From Candidatus Buchananbacteria bacterium (GTDB lineage: Bacteria; Patescibacteriota; Patescibacteriia; 2-01-FULL-39-33; JBAYJR01), in assembly GCA_041665005.1 (NCBI GenBank), contig JBAYJR010000005.1, positions 16,312-80,311 on the forward strand: a DNA stretch of 64,000 nucleotides, in the 5' to 3' direction. Positions within the stretch are counted from its first letter, which is position 1. Each line of letters starts with the position of its first letter. Made by a program: the position numbers and the translations under genes. Positions 1 through 9,364 of the stretch are shown piece by piece. The notes beneath the pieces are model-generated. The model did no database searches and was not told the DNA's origin. It was given only the letters and a program-made list of their open reading frames with translations.

Positions 1-829
1 CTTTAGTCCAAGTTTGGCCACCGTCGGTAGTTTTTAATAGTCCGAATTTTGATAAACTAAACAAGGAATCGTTTTCGCTGGGGTTAAAAAAGACATCCGT
101 CACTTCTTTACTGCCGGCGTATTGACTGGTTAGATCGGATAAATTTTGCCAGACCGTTCCGGCGTCCGAAGTTTTATAAAGGCCTTTGCCAGTTAAGCCA
201 TAAATTATTTTGGAATCAGTGTCTGACAGTAATAATTTTTTGACTACACTGCCAAAGTTGTAAATTTTAGTCCAGCTTACCCCCCCATCCACGCTTTTTA
301 AAAAATCACCGGTGGTCATACCCGCATAAACAACTTCAGGATTAAAATAATCAACGGCTAAAGCGGTAATGGTTTGTTCAATTCTAGTGTCAAAATAAGT
401 AACTTTAAAACTGCGCGCGCAATCTTGCGATTTTAAGATTTTATTACCTTGGGAAGCATAAATTAAGCAATTAAATTTAGGATTGATTGCTAAATCGTTA
501 ACGCGTCCGGTTAAGCCTCGGGTTTGTTGCCAAGTGTTGGCGCCGTCATAAGTTACAAACAAGCCGCCTTGTTCGGCGATAACGTAGATAGTTTTGCTAT
601 CCAACGGATCAAATTGCATCTTGGCTACATTGACTTGACCTAAATTGGCCACGCCGGCAGCAGTGGGGAAAACAATTTTTTGTTGCCAAGTAGTGCCTAA
701 ATCAGTAGAAAGATAAATTCCACCGTCATTTTGGGTGGGCTGGCTGGCTGTCGGTTGAAAGGCACAACTAGCACCGGTTAAAATAATCACGGCGAGTAAC
801 GCGCTAAACAAAAAAACAGTTTTTTTCAT
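1..829 (-). CDS. BNR/Asp-box (Ycf48-like) beta-propeller repeat protein with N-terminal signal peptide; the C-terminus runs off the window start
   Basis: Manual translation of the minus strand from ATG (revcomp of 827-829) gives MKKTVFLFSALLAVIILTGASC... followed by at least 5 S-x-D-x-G-x-T-W BNR motifs (STDLGTTWQQ, TYDGANTWQQ, SVDGGVSWTK, TSDAGTVWQN, TTDGGQTWT). The ORF is open to position 1. Confidence 0.6.
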   Translation of the reverse strand, partial: MKKTVFLFSALLAVIILTGASCAFQPTASQPTQNDGGIYLSTDLGTTWQQKIVFPTAAGVANLGQVNVAKMQFDPLDSKTIYVIAEQGGLFVTYDGANTWQQTRGLTGRVNDLAINPKFNCLIYASQGNKILKSQDCARSFKVTYFDTRIEQTITALAVDYFNPEVVYAGMTTGDFLKSVDGGVSWTKIYNFGSVVKKLLLSDTDSKIIYGLTGKGLYKTSDAGTVWQNLSDLTSQYAGSKEVTDVFFNPSENDSLFSLSKFGLLKTTDGGQTWTK

Positions 830-837
830 ATAGTTAG

Positions 838-1893
838 TTAATAATTGATTAATAAATTTTCTAAAACTAATTGCGGTCCTAAATTGCGTTTTAAATAAAG
901 TTTAGCTAAATTAATCTGGTTAAAGAAATTTAGTAAATCGGTTAGCTGGGCGGTAGCGGCTAATTTAGCTAGATTGGCTTTAAGGTCTTGATGAAAAACC
1001 AAATCTTCGGCGCCGGCTTTTTGGATGATTAAATCGCGGGTAATTAATTGCCAACTATTTAAAATTTTAGTTAATTCGTCAACGGTTTGGCCACTATCTT
1101 TAAATTGTTTTAACAAATTTTTTATTTCTTTAAAACGTTCGTTTAAAGTTTGTTCTTTGAGATTTAAAAATCTTTCTAATAAAGCTAAATGTTCGGTTAA
1201 TTTTTCGGGGTCTAAAAAGTTTAAAGCTTGCCCGGGCCGGCCAATGGCCAGTTTGGCCAATTTAGCCGCTAAGTCGGGGTTAATCCCCTGAGTTTCCAGG
1301 CCTTGAACAATTGCTAACTGGGAAACCGAAAATAAATGAAAAGTTTGACAACGGGATAAAATGGTGGCCGGTAAACCAATGGTCGTTTTAGCTAATAAAA
1401 TAATAATGGATTTAGGAAAAGGTTCTTCCAAAGTTTTAAGTAAGGCGTTGTAAGCTTCTTCGTTTAAAGTTTCTGCTTCTTCAATCACGGCAAATTTAAA
1501 AGAATTAAGAAAAGGATGGAGGTTTAATTTTTCTTGCAATTCTCTAATCTGGCTGATTTTGGTATCTTGACTAAGTTTGCCGGTTTTTTCATTAATTTCC
1601 CGACGTAACCAAAAAACGTCCGGATGCAAACCTTTGGCTAATTGTTGGCAATGCTGGCAGACGCCACAAGGGATTTTTTCAGCTTGTGGATTTTGGTCAA
1701 AACAGTATAGAGAATTGAGAAATTTTTCGGCAATCGCCTGTTTACCGCTACCAGCCGGGCCGACAAATAAGTAGGCTTGGGAATATTTATTTTGACAAAT
1801 TGAGCTTTGTAAAAAATTAACTAAATTATGGTGACCAATAATGCCCCAAGGGAATTTTGCATTAGTTTTTTGATTAATTTTGAGTTGGGACAT
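838..1893 (-). CDS. holB: DNA polymerase III subunit delta' (clamp-loader AAA+)
   Basis: Degenerate Walker A (GPAGSGKQAIAEKF) and a CxxC zinc module (CGVCQHCQQ) with the AAA+ clamp-loader fold pattern. The ORF-track start at 1974 is a TTG; the likely true start is ATG 1891-1893 (MSQLKINQ...). Confidence 0.6.
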   Translation of the reverse strand: MSQLKINQKTNAKFPWGIIGHHNLVNFLQSSICQNKYSQAYLFVGPAGSGKQAIAEKFLNSLYCFDQNPQAEKIPCGVCQHCQQLAKGLHPDVFWLRREINEKTGKLSQDTKISQIRELQEKLNLHPFLNSFKFAVIEEAETLNEEAYNALLKTLEEPFPKSIIILLAKTTIGLPATILSRCQTFHLFSVSQLAIVQGLETQGINPDLAAKLAKLAIGRPGQALNFLDPEKLTEHLALLERFLNLKEQTLNERFKEIKNLLKQFKDSGQTVDELTKILNSWQLITRDLIIQKAGAEDLVFHQDLKANLAKLAATAQLTDLLNFFNQINLAKLYLKRNLGPQLVLENLLINY

Positions 1894-1967
1894 ATAGTAT
1901 AAAATAACATAAATGACGCTTTGGCGCAAGTAACTTTTGGTTGGCAAATTAGGGTTTAAACCCGGGG

Positions 1968-1996
1968 TTGACAAGACTAATAATTTATACTAGAGT
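1968..1996 (+). promoter_or_regulatory. sigma70-like promoter (TTGACA-17-TAGAGT) upstream of the PFK-like gene
   Basis: TTGACA at 1968-1973, a 17-nt spacer, TAGAGT at 1991-1996, and GGAGG at 2021-2025 placed 8 nt before the TTG start at 2034. Confidence 0.35.
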
Positions 1997-2033
1997 AAAA
2001 GCAAAAGTTAGTAAATTTAAGGAGGTATGTACT

Positions 2034-3080
2034 TTGAAAAAGAAAATTACAGTTTTGCCAATTGGCAGTTTTGCTGCTGGTGTTAACCCGTTTTTGCAAG
2101 CTTTAGTCAGGAATTTAGCTGATTATGACTTGCGTTATCTTAGATTTAATATGTGCAAGGAAAACCTGGTAATCAATCGTCAGTCTTTGTGGCGCCGACA
2201 TGTTCAGGAATTTAGTTTTAGTCCTGAAAATTATGTCTCTGGAAATTTTTTGGCTGATTCTAATGAAGAAAAAAGATTGTTGAAAGAGTTGGTCAGAAAG
2301 ACCACTTATCACAATTTGGCCGAGGAAGTGCTAATTGTAATTGGTGATGACAGCGCCATGCGATTAGCCATAACCTTGGTTGATTTAAACAATCCCGAGA
2401 TTAAGGTGATTGCCGTGCCAAGTCACACGGATATTAATTTTTTGGATGGCCAAATTTCACTAGGCCTAGATTCATATAACCAAAACTTGATTAATAAAAT
2501 TCCGGTTTGGTTGGAAAATTTGAAAGCTAGACGCTCCGTTGGTATTTTGCAATTACCAACGGACAATGATTATTCGGTGGCAGTGGTTGGTTTAGCCAGT
2601 GATGCACGGTATATAATTTTGCCACAGCAAGATTTTGCTCACCCAATAGATTTAAAACAACTGTTGGAAGTTTTAAAATCAGAGTATGCTGACGACAATC
2701 AGCATGCTTTAATAGTGATTGGCAATAAATCTTGGTTGCCCGAAACTTATCACCAAGAAAATGCCTTAAACCCGCTGAGATTTGAAAATTTTTTAGCAGG
2801 TTATATTAAAAAGGAGACTAATCGAAATACCCTGGTCATCCAGCCAGAAAAAGGATTTCCGGAAAGAATTTCGGTGTTTGATAGTCTGGTTGGTCTCCGT
2901 TTGGGTAAGATGGTGGCTGAGTTGATTCGTGAAGATCAATCAGGCCTGTTGACCCAGATTGACCCTGCTGGTAAAGTTTCCGTGGCAGAGTTTAAAAATC
3001 TCTATATGAGAGATTATAAACCCGATATTGCGTTTGAGTTACGTCAAGCCGTACTTGAACGCAATTCAGGAAAAATTTAA
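2034..3080 (+). CDS. divergent phosphofructokinase-like (PFK-A fold) protein, probably catalytically altered
   Basis: VLPIGSFAAGVNPFLQALV resembles the PFK nucleotide loop (vLtSGGdaPGMNaaIRavV), VLIVIGDDSAMRLA resembles the GGDGS motif, and IAVPSHTDINFLDG resembles GIPkTIDND. The in-frame start is TTG 2034 after GGAGG; the ORF-track start at 1968 is an upstream TTG inside the promoter. Confidence 0.4.
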   Translation: MKKKITVLPIGSFAAGVNPFLQALVRNLADYDLRYLRFNMCKENLVINRQSLWRRHVQEFSFSPENYVSGNFLADSNEEKRLLKELVRKTTYHNLAEEVLIVIGDDSAMRLAITLVDLNNPEIKVIAVPSHTDINFLDGQISLGLDSYNQNLINKIPVWLENLKARRSVGILQLPTDNDYSVAVVGLASDARYIILPQQDFAHPIDLKQLLEVLKSEYADDNQHALIVIGNKSWLPETYHQENALNPLRFENFLAGYIKKETNRNTLVIQPEKGFPERISVFDSLVGLRLGKMVAELIREDQSGLLTQIDPAGKVSVAEFKNLYMRDYKPDIAFELRQAVLERNSGKI

Positions 3081-3088
3081 TAATCAAG

Positions 3089-3125
3089 CCCCAAAGAAGA
3101 AACAATCTTCTTTGGGGCTTTTCTT
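3089..3125. terminator. bidirectional rho-independent terminator
   Basis: Hairpin AGCCCCAAAGAAG-aaacaat-CTTCTTTGGGGCT followed by TTTTCTT. It sits between two convergent genes. Confidence 0.5.
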
Positions 3126-3131
3126 AACCAA

Positions 3132-4235
3132 TTAGTTTTTTAAAATTTTAAAAGTGTTAAGGGCGCAGGTTGACCACTTAAAAGCTTTAACCCGCTCTAA
3201 CCCTTGCTCGGCCAGTTGCTTGGCTAAAACTTTATCAGTAATAATTTTGGTAATTGCATCGGCAATTACTTGGGGCTGTTGCGGATCAACTAATAATCCG
3301 GCTGAGCCGACTACTTCCGGTAAACTGGAATTATTGGCGGCGATAACCGGGGTGCCACAGGCCATGGCTTGTAAAACTGGCAAACCAAAACCCTCGTAAT
3401 TAGAAACAAAAATAAAAGCGCTAGCGGTATTGTATAAAATTGGCAAATCGGTTTCGGCTACATAGCCTAATTCGTGCACCTGGGAGTTTTTGATTTTTAA
3501 TTTTTCTTGGGCAATTTCGGCATAGCCCAATCCCCTATTACCAACCAAAACTAAGTCTAAATTTGGATTAGCTAATTGTTGCCAAGCTTTTAATAAATTA
3601 GCTAGATTTTTCTTTTTTTCTAAGCGTCCGACGTATAAAACAAAGGGCTTGGTTAATTGATATTTGTTGAGAGTGGTGTTAGTGACCGCTGGTTCATTTA
3701 GGACGCTATAACGGTCAAAATTGACCCCAGGGGCAATAACTACAAGCTTGCTAGGGTCAAGATTTGGCCTAAAATGAAGGATTTCTTGTTTGGTGAACTC
3801 ACTTATCACTATTATCTTATCCGCTCGGTGTAGGGCCAAATTTGAAGACCAGGTGTGGTACAGGCGCTCCCACAGGCTATAAAGCTCAGGGTGACGGAAA
3901 AACCCCACGTCGTGGATAGTGGCAATAGTTCTGTGTGGTAAAATTAAGGGAATAGTGTTGGCTGGAACTAATAAAACATCCGGTGGATTAATTAACATTT
4001 CCCAGCTTAACCGTAGTTGCTTCCAAAAATATTTAAGGGGCCAACCTAAAACTTGGCTAGTAAAATTTTTTGGTAAACCTGCTAAATCCCCTTGTAGTTT
4101 ATCCGGACTGTATAAAACAAATTCCGTGCCAGGCAAGTCAAGCTTTTTTAATTCTTGAATTAAATAATAAGAATACCATTCAGTGCCGGTGCGTTGAGGC
4201 GAATTAGCGAGTGAAGCTTCAAGACCAATTTTCAT
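3132..4235 (-). CDS. glycosyltransferase family 4 (GT-B, retaining)
   Basis: C-terminal GT4 signature EGFGLPVLQAMACGTPVIAANNSSLPEVVGSAGLLVDP. Confidence 0.75.
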   Translation of the reverse strand: MKIGLEASLANSPQRTGTEWYSYYLIQELKKLDLPGTEFVLYSPDKLQGDLAGLPKNFTSQVLGWPLKYFWKQLRLSWEMLINPPDVLLVPANTIPLILPHRTIATIHDVGFFRHPELYSLWERLYHTWSSNLALHRADKIIVISEFTKQEILHFRPNLDPSKLVVIAPGVNFDRYSVLNEPAVTNTTLNKYQLTKPFVLYVGRLEKKKNLANLLKAWQQLANPNLDLVLVGNRGLGYAEIAQEKLKIKNSQVHELGYVAETDLPILYNTASAFIFVSNYEGFGLPVLQAMACGTPVIAANNSSLPEVVGSAGLLVDPQQPQVIADAITKIITDKVLAKQLAEQGLERVKAFKWSTCALNTFKILKN

Positions 4236-4242
4236 AAATTAA

Positions 4243-4791
4243 TTAGGGCAAGAGCATGGCGGCGGCTACCACAGTTGTCCATTTGCCGTCTTTATTGCCT
4301 TCGGCAGATTGACAAAAATGAGTGGTGCGATAAATATGTCCGGAAGATTTATAAATTTTTTCCCGTTCATCCCAGGCGGTATCGGGATCAAATTCTATAC
4401 CCAAAGTGGTGGCTAGCATCGTGGCGGCTAAATCTTCGGCGTATTCTCCAGCAATATCTGCTTTTTCGCCAAAGGCATGGTGTTCCGATAAATACCCATA
4501 ATTATTTTCGGTATCGGCCGGCACGGCAATACCAATAGCGGCGGACATTAAGCGGTTGGGTTCGCGGGCTTCATTGCGAGCTAAAACACAAAAAGTAATT
4601 TCGCCAGCGTTTAAATATTTTAAACCTTCTTCTTTGCTGATAATTTTGCATTTGGGCGGTAAAATACTAGAAACGGTAACTAAGTTGCATTTTTCAATGC
4701 CGGCATCGCGTAGGGCTAGCTCAAAGGAGGCTAAGCGATCTTTGTGCACGCCAACGCCTTTAGTTAAAAAAAGTTTGGTGGGAATAAACAT
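4243..4791 (-). CDS. pdaD: pyruvoyl-dependent arginine decarboxylase proenzyme
   Basis: Matches the PdaD/AaxB family pattern [22 protein letters not shown] (Ser-Ser self-cleavage site); length 182 aa. Confidence 0.75.
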   Translation of the reverse strand: MFIPTKLFLTKGVGVHKDRLASFELALRDAGIEKCNLVTVSSILPPKCKIISKEEGLKYLNAGEITFCVLARNEAREPNRLMSAAIGIAVPADTENNYGYLSEHHAFGEKADIAGEYAEDLAATMLATTLGIEFDPDTAWDEREKIYKSSGHIYRTTHFCQSAEGNKDGKWTTVVAAAMLLP

Positions 4792-4814
4792 TTCTTTAGT
4801 GATTAGTTAATAGA

Positions 4815-5588
4815 TTATTTAAGATAAGATAAACGTCGTCTGATTTGTAAATTTTGTTTGCTGCGTAAATGACTAAATAACCAAATGGCGGCTAAAATAA
4901 CAATAATTAGCGCCAGCCAAATTTGGCCGTAAATTGCCAGTAAATTAAAACTGGCATGAATTACGATGGCAAAAAATAAGCCTTGATCCAAAATTTGACG
5001 CCAACGTTCTTGCTGAAAAAAAGCGCGACCCAAATGTAAACCCATAATACCAGAAGTAACGGTATGCATCAAGGTGGTAAATAAAAAGCGCATAGCAAAA
5101 ATTAACAAAAAAATGGCGCTGGTGGACCAATTAGTTAAAGCCGATGGTAAAGCAAAAAGCTGGTTGGCGCTAGCTAAGCCCCAGTTAGGAATTAAAAAAA
5201 TAGCAAAATAGACAAAATTTTCTACGGCCGCCAGGCCTAAACTTAGAGCAATGCTAAAAATGGGGCCGTCAATAATTTGCTCAATAACTTTTTCATGCCA
5301 AATTATTAAACGTGAAAATAGTAATTTAAGAGCTTCTTCAATGGCGGCAATAAATACGGTAGCCACCATAATATTTTTTAGCCAGTGCCAGCCGGTAAAA
5401 TTCGGTAAAATGACTAACAACGCCCCTTCAACTGCCACCACAATAAAAGCCAGGGCGGCGCCGGCAATAAAGACCGTTAAAATGGCTTTTTTGGGTTTAG
5501 GGTCTTCCCGATCCTCCCAGCGGTAGATGACTAACCAAAATAAACTTGGTGCTAGCGCTAAGGCAAAAGTTAATAAGTATAAATTCAT
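4815..5588 (-). CDS. PrsW-family intramembrane glutamic protease
   Basis: Polytopic membrane protein carrying the three PrsW signature motifs: EExxK (AAIEEALK), FxxxH (FTTLMH) and HxxxN (HASFN). Confidence 0.55.
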   Translation of the reverse strand: MNLYLLTFALALAPSLFWLVIYRWEDREDPKPKKAILTVFIAGAALAFIVVAVEGALLVILPNFTGWHWLKNIMVATVFIAAIEEALKLLFSRLIIWHEKVIEQIIDGPIFSIALSLGLAAVENFVYFAIFLIPNWGLASANQLFALPSALTNWSTSAIFLLIFAMRFLFTTLMHTVTSGIMGLHLGRAFFQQERWRQILDQGLFFAIVIHASFNLLAIYGQIWLALIIVILAAIWLFSHLRSKQNLQIRRRLSYLK

Positions 5589-5610
5589 GCTTTAATTTTA
5601 AATTAAAAAG

Positions 5611-5664
5611 CTAAAAAAAACAAGAAAAAAACTGACCCCGCGTTTGGCGAGGTCAGTTTTTTAT
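5611..5664. terminator. bidirectional rho-independent terminator
   Basis: Hairpin CTGACCCCGCG-tttg-GCGAGGTCAG flanked by an A-run 5' and a T-run 3' on the plus strand. Confidence 0.5.
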
Positions 5665-5672
5665 CTGATTAC

Positions 5673-8600
5673 TTATTTTTGATTGTCGTCTTCGTTTCTT
5701 TTTCTAAACCAGAGGAAGAACCAAATACCCAAGATAATAACGATTAACCAAAACCACCAAGCGCCTAAAATATTTTTTAGAACCGAGATAAAGCTACCAG
5801 TAACCGGACTATTGGTTGGAGTGGTTTCTGATGGTAAGGGCTGTTGGGTTTCTTCGCCAGCAACTTGACCTTCGGCAGCCGGTGTAGTGGCACCTTCAGT
5901 AATGGCTGGAGCGACTGCGCCTTCCGTTACGGTTCCACCAGTGGCTGGAGCGGGAGTTGGGGTTGGGGCGGGAGGAGTAATTACAGCCGGAGCTACTTCT
6001 TCGGTTAAAGTTTCGGTGCTAACTTCATCGCCAAACACTTCGGGTGAACCATGAGAAATTGGTCTAATATAGTATTTAGTTTTCGGTAACAAACCGGTTA
6101 GTGTAACCATATGAAAGGTTACTTTATTTTCGTCTTCAATAGTGGAATAAGCGTAGCCATAATTTGGCGGGGCGCCTAAACTAGAACCGCTATGAGGAAC
6201 GGTGTCATAAACTACACGACTAGTAGCGGCATGAGTAGTAAACCAAGTAACGATAATAGTTCTAGTTTGATTAGCATTGAAAGAAATGGTGTGAATAGCT
6301 AAAGGAATAATAGTACCACCGCCACCACCGCCACCGCCGCCTGGAGGTTGAGGAGGTGGAATTTGTTCTAAGGTACATTGAGCAGTGCAACGATTGCCTT
6401 CGGTTACTCCGGCTTCACCGTCGCATTGTTCTTCGTTATTTCTAATGTTATCTCCGCAATAAGGTAAATTAACTAGTACGCAACCTTCCATACAAGCCTG
6501 ATGCTCTCCTACGCCGTCAGCACCATCGCATTGTTCGTCGCCTTCTTTAACACTATTACCGCAAACTGGTCCAGTTTGTTCATTTTGACAGGTAGAACTG
6601 CAACCATCGCCGTTAGCAGTGTTTCCATCGTCGCATTGTTCGCCGGTTTCAGTTATTTGATTGCCGCAAATTGAAGTTGATTGACAAACAGTGTCATCTG
6701 AATCTACAAAACCATTACAATCATTATCTATTTGATCATTGCAAACTTCGGTACCAGTTATTCGACAATTAAAATTATCACAAGCGTTACCAAGACTATC
6801 TCCGTCATCATCTTCTTGACCTGCATTTGCAACACTCGCGCAATTATCACAAGAATTACCTATTTTGTCGTTGTCACTGTCAGCTTGGTCGGCATTAGCA
6901 GTATTTGCACAATTATCACAAACATTACCTATGCGATCGCCATCAACATCTTCTTGGGCTGGGTTGGCAATATAAGGACAATTATCAGTAGCATCAGCGA
7001 TGCCATCATTGTCAGCGTCAATAATTGTTTGAGGAATACAACGCAAACTAACTTCGTCTAAAAAAGTACCAATGGAGTTTGGAGTGCCAAGATCGGCAAA
7101 TTCAATTCGACTAGTAGCCGAAGCCGAAGTTAGATCGGTTTCGTAATTAGTCCAAGCGGTGTTGCTGTTAGTGGCGCCATCACTGGTTTTTGTGTCAATT
7201 AAACCGCCTTCCCATTTTACTTCTAAGATATTTTCCGCAGCAGAAGCACCCGGTCGTGGCGAGAAAGAATATTTAAGACGATATTTTTGGCCAGGTGTGG
7301 TGGCTAAATCTTGATAAATTTTTACCGAAGCAGCACCATTAACAAAGTTATTTTCCGAATTACGCCAATCGCTATCAAGTTCAGCATATTGACTGCCAGT
7401 GGCCGGTTGCCAGCCATTGACTCCGCGTTCTAATTCTAAATTAGCCACGGTTGGTCGACTAGCATCAGAGCTACCAGCGTACCATTCTACAAACCACTCT
7501 AAATCAGTAGTGCCGGAAGCAAAAACGTCCCAGTTGGTAGTATCGGTTACTACCGGGTTTTCAAAACCACCATTTTTAATTAATTCTATATTGGGGTCAC
7601 AAAGTAAAGTTTGGTTTTGTTCTAAAATACAATCGTCATTACAAAGATAACCAGTAATTACCCCGTCAGTACCGTCGCATTGTTCACCGGTTTCTTTTAT
7701 ACCATTGCCACAAACAGGTTCGGTTTGTTCGTTTTGACAGGCAGAACTACAACCGTCACCGTTTTGAATATTTCCATCATCACATTGTTCGCCAGTTTCA
7801 ATTGTATAATTGCCACAAACTGGGGCGGTTTGTTCGGTTTGACAAGTAGAACTGCAACCATCGCCATTTTGAGTGTTTGCGTCATCGCATTGTTCGCCGG
7901 TTTCAATATTTCCATTTCCGCAAACAGGACAACCGTTATTTACCACTCCGTCGCAGTCGTTATCTAAATTATCACTGCATACTTCTGAAGTTGGATAAAT
8001 TGTTTGAATACAACTACCCCAGTTACCATCAGCATCGCAGGTTTTGGAGCCAGTTGAACAAATTCCCGGTAAATCAATTCCGCATGATTCTGAATTGCCA
8101 GGTGTACAAATTGGTGTAAAAGTATTGGTAACGGTGCAAGTTTCTGGAACTCCGGCCGTTAAGGTAATTCTACCGTTTGTATCGCAAGAGCCACTAAAAG
8201 AAGAAACATAATTATAACTAACATTATTAGTTTCGGAAATTGTATGAGCACCAGCAGAAGTGGTTGTAGCTATGCCAGAGGTGATAGACATTCCATCAAG
8301 TTGTAATGGAAAATCAGAAAGATTCTTGGTTCCGCCAATAACCGTTTTAGTAACGGTTAAATCGCTGGTTGTTGGTGCTTCGGTGTAATAAATCTTTACT
8401 TGGATTTGGTCCAGGTTTACTGTTCCACTTTCACTTGAAGGTCGGCTAACCTTGACTCTGAAATTTGTGTTAGAAAAGTCACTAGCTGACCAGGTTCTGC
8501 TCCAAGTATTTGTTGAATCGCCAATAATTTTAGTGGTGTCAGTGTAATATACTAAATTACCAGTATTGCCAGCAGCAGTAAAATTAGTGCCACCGTTATG

Positions 8601-9164
8601 AGATAAGGAAATATTTAGAGTTCTGGTGTCATTATAGACTTTTTGTGCTTCAACGGCGACTGAAATGCCATTTATAGTGGCGCCGCTTGGGATACTTAAG
8701 TTAAAATCTTTATACTGAATTCTGTCATTATGATCATTAAAATCCGCTCGGTTATCATTAGAAGAATAGGCTTTTTGTGGTTCCCCTACGCTGTGATTAT
8801 CTGTGAAATCACTTGGTTGTTTCCATCCGCTATCAAAACTAGCGGCTATGGTGTGGTTGGTAGTAATGTTAGTAAAAGTGTAACTATTTATTCTACCTTG
8901 AGATGCGCCATCAACCAAGACGTCATTTACAATATATCCGGTACTGGGTGTTATGGTAAAAATCTGGTTTGCATTTTTAATAACCGATACCGAGCCAGAA
9001 GGACTGATACTGCCACCGGCACCGGCACTGGCGGTAATAATGTAGGTTGTTGGAGGTGTCACATGTGCCAAAGCGACATTTGGCAAAAAAGCAGCAACCC
9101 CAATCGACCAGAGAATGGTTGTGGTTGCGGTGAAGATTGTAAAAACTTTTTTAAGTTTTTGCAT
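5673..9164 (-). CDS. giant cell-surface protein: signal peptide, at least 6 Cys-rich CGNG..GEQCDDGN..NGDGCS..CQ.E repeats, thrombospondin type-3-like Ca-binding repeats, Gly9 and Pro/Thr linkers, C-terminal TM anchor
   Basis: N-terminal MQKLKKVFTIFTATTTILWSIGVAAFLPNVALA. Repeated CGNGNIETGEQCDDANTQNGDGCSSTCQTEQ units. DxDxDGxxDxxDNC repeats (DADNDGIADATDNCPY...). PPPQPPGGGGGGGGG. C-terminal hydrophobic segment followed by RKRNEDDNQK. Confidence 0.7.
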   Translation of the reverse strand: MQKLKKVFTIFTATTTILWSIGVAAFLPNVALAHVTPPTTYIITASAGAGGSISPSGSVSVIKNANQIFTITPSTGYIVNDVLVDGASQGRINSYTFTNITTNHTIAASFDSGWKQPSDFTDNHSVGEPQKAYSSNDNRADFNDHNDRIQYKDFNLSIPSGATINGISVAVEAQKVYNDTRTLNISLSHNGGTNFTAAGNTGNLVYYTDTTKIIGDSTNTWSRTWSASDFSNTNFRVKVSRPSSESGTVNLDQIQVKIYYTEAPTTSDLTVTKTVIGGTKNLSDFPLQLDGMSITSGIATTTSAGAHTISETNNVSYNYVSSFSGSCDTNGRITLTAGVPETCTVTNTFTPICTPGNSESCGIDLPGICSTGSKTCDADGNWGSCIQTIYPTSEVCSDNLDNDCDGVVNNGCPVCGNGNIETGEQCDDANTQNGDGCSSTCQTEQTAPVCGNYTIETGEQCDDGNIQNGDGCSSACQNEQTEPVCGNGIKETGEQCDGTDGVITGYLCNDDCILEQNQTLLCDPNIELIKNGGFENPVVTDTTNWDVFASGTTDLEWFVEWYAGSSDASRPTVANLELERGVNGWQPATGSQYAELDSDWRNSENNFVNGAASVKIYQDLATTPGQKYRLKYSFSPRPGASAAENILEVKWEGGLIDTKTSDGATNSNTAWTNYETDLTSASATSRIEFADLGTPNSIGTFLDEVSLRCIPQTIIDADNDGIADATDNCPYIANPAQEDVDGDRIGNVCDNCANTANADQADSDNDKIGNSCDNCASVANAGQEDDDGDSLGNACDNFNCRITGTEVCNDQIDNDCNGFVDSDDTVCQSTSICGNQITETGEQCDDGNTANGDGCSSTCQNEQTGPVCGNSVKEGDEQCDGADGVGEHQACMEGCVLVNLPYCGDNIRNNEEQCDGEAGVTEGNRCTAQCTLEQIPPPQPPGGGGGGGGGTIIPLAIHTISFNANQTRTIIVTWFTTHAATSRVVYDTVPHSGSSLGAPPNYGYAYSTIEDENKVTFHMVTLTGLLPKTKYYIRPISHGSPEVFGDEVSTETLTEEVAPAVITPPAPTPTPAPATGGTVTEGAVAPAITEGATTPAAEGQVAGEETQQPLPSETTPTNSPVTGSFISVLKNILGAWWFWLIVIILGIWFFLWFRKRNEDDNQK

Positions 9165-9364
9165 AGGTTTAAGTAGGTTAATTTTTGAAAGTTATATAAT
9201 AAAAAAATTACCAATTTTGGGTAAAATTAGCCGAAATTACTTGGTTACTGCCTTTGGAAGTAAACGTAAGTTTAATAAATATTAATTATAAGGCTTATAA
9301 TAAGCTAGTTTGTTTAAAAAGTCAAATAAACTTTTACACAGTTTGTCAACTTTTGTCAAGTGCC

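Noticed and set aside
1025-1291. Many 60-170-aa ORFs antisense to or nested within large genes, for example 1025..1291, 6732..7061, 7680..7967, 45692..46192, 47003..47251 and 60445..60669.
   Set aside because: They lie fully inside well-supported genes on the opposite strand, have no start context and no motifs. They are shadow ORFs typical of long genes in AT-rich DNA.
6321-6350. Gly9 coding tract as a frameshift-prone homopolymer.
   Set aside because: The nucleotides are mixed GGT/GGC/GGA codons read on the minus strand, not a mononucleotide run. Slippage would occur in 3-nt units and preserve the frame. It is kept only as a minor note under the adhesin finding.
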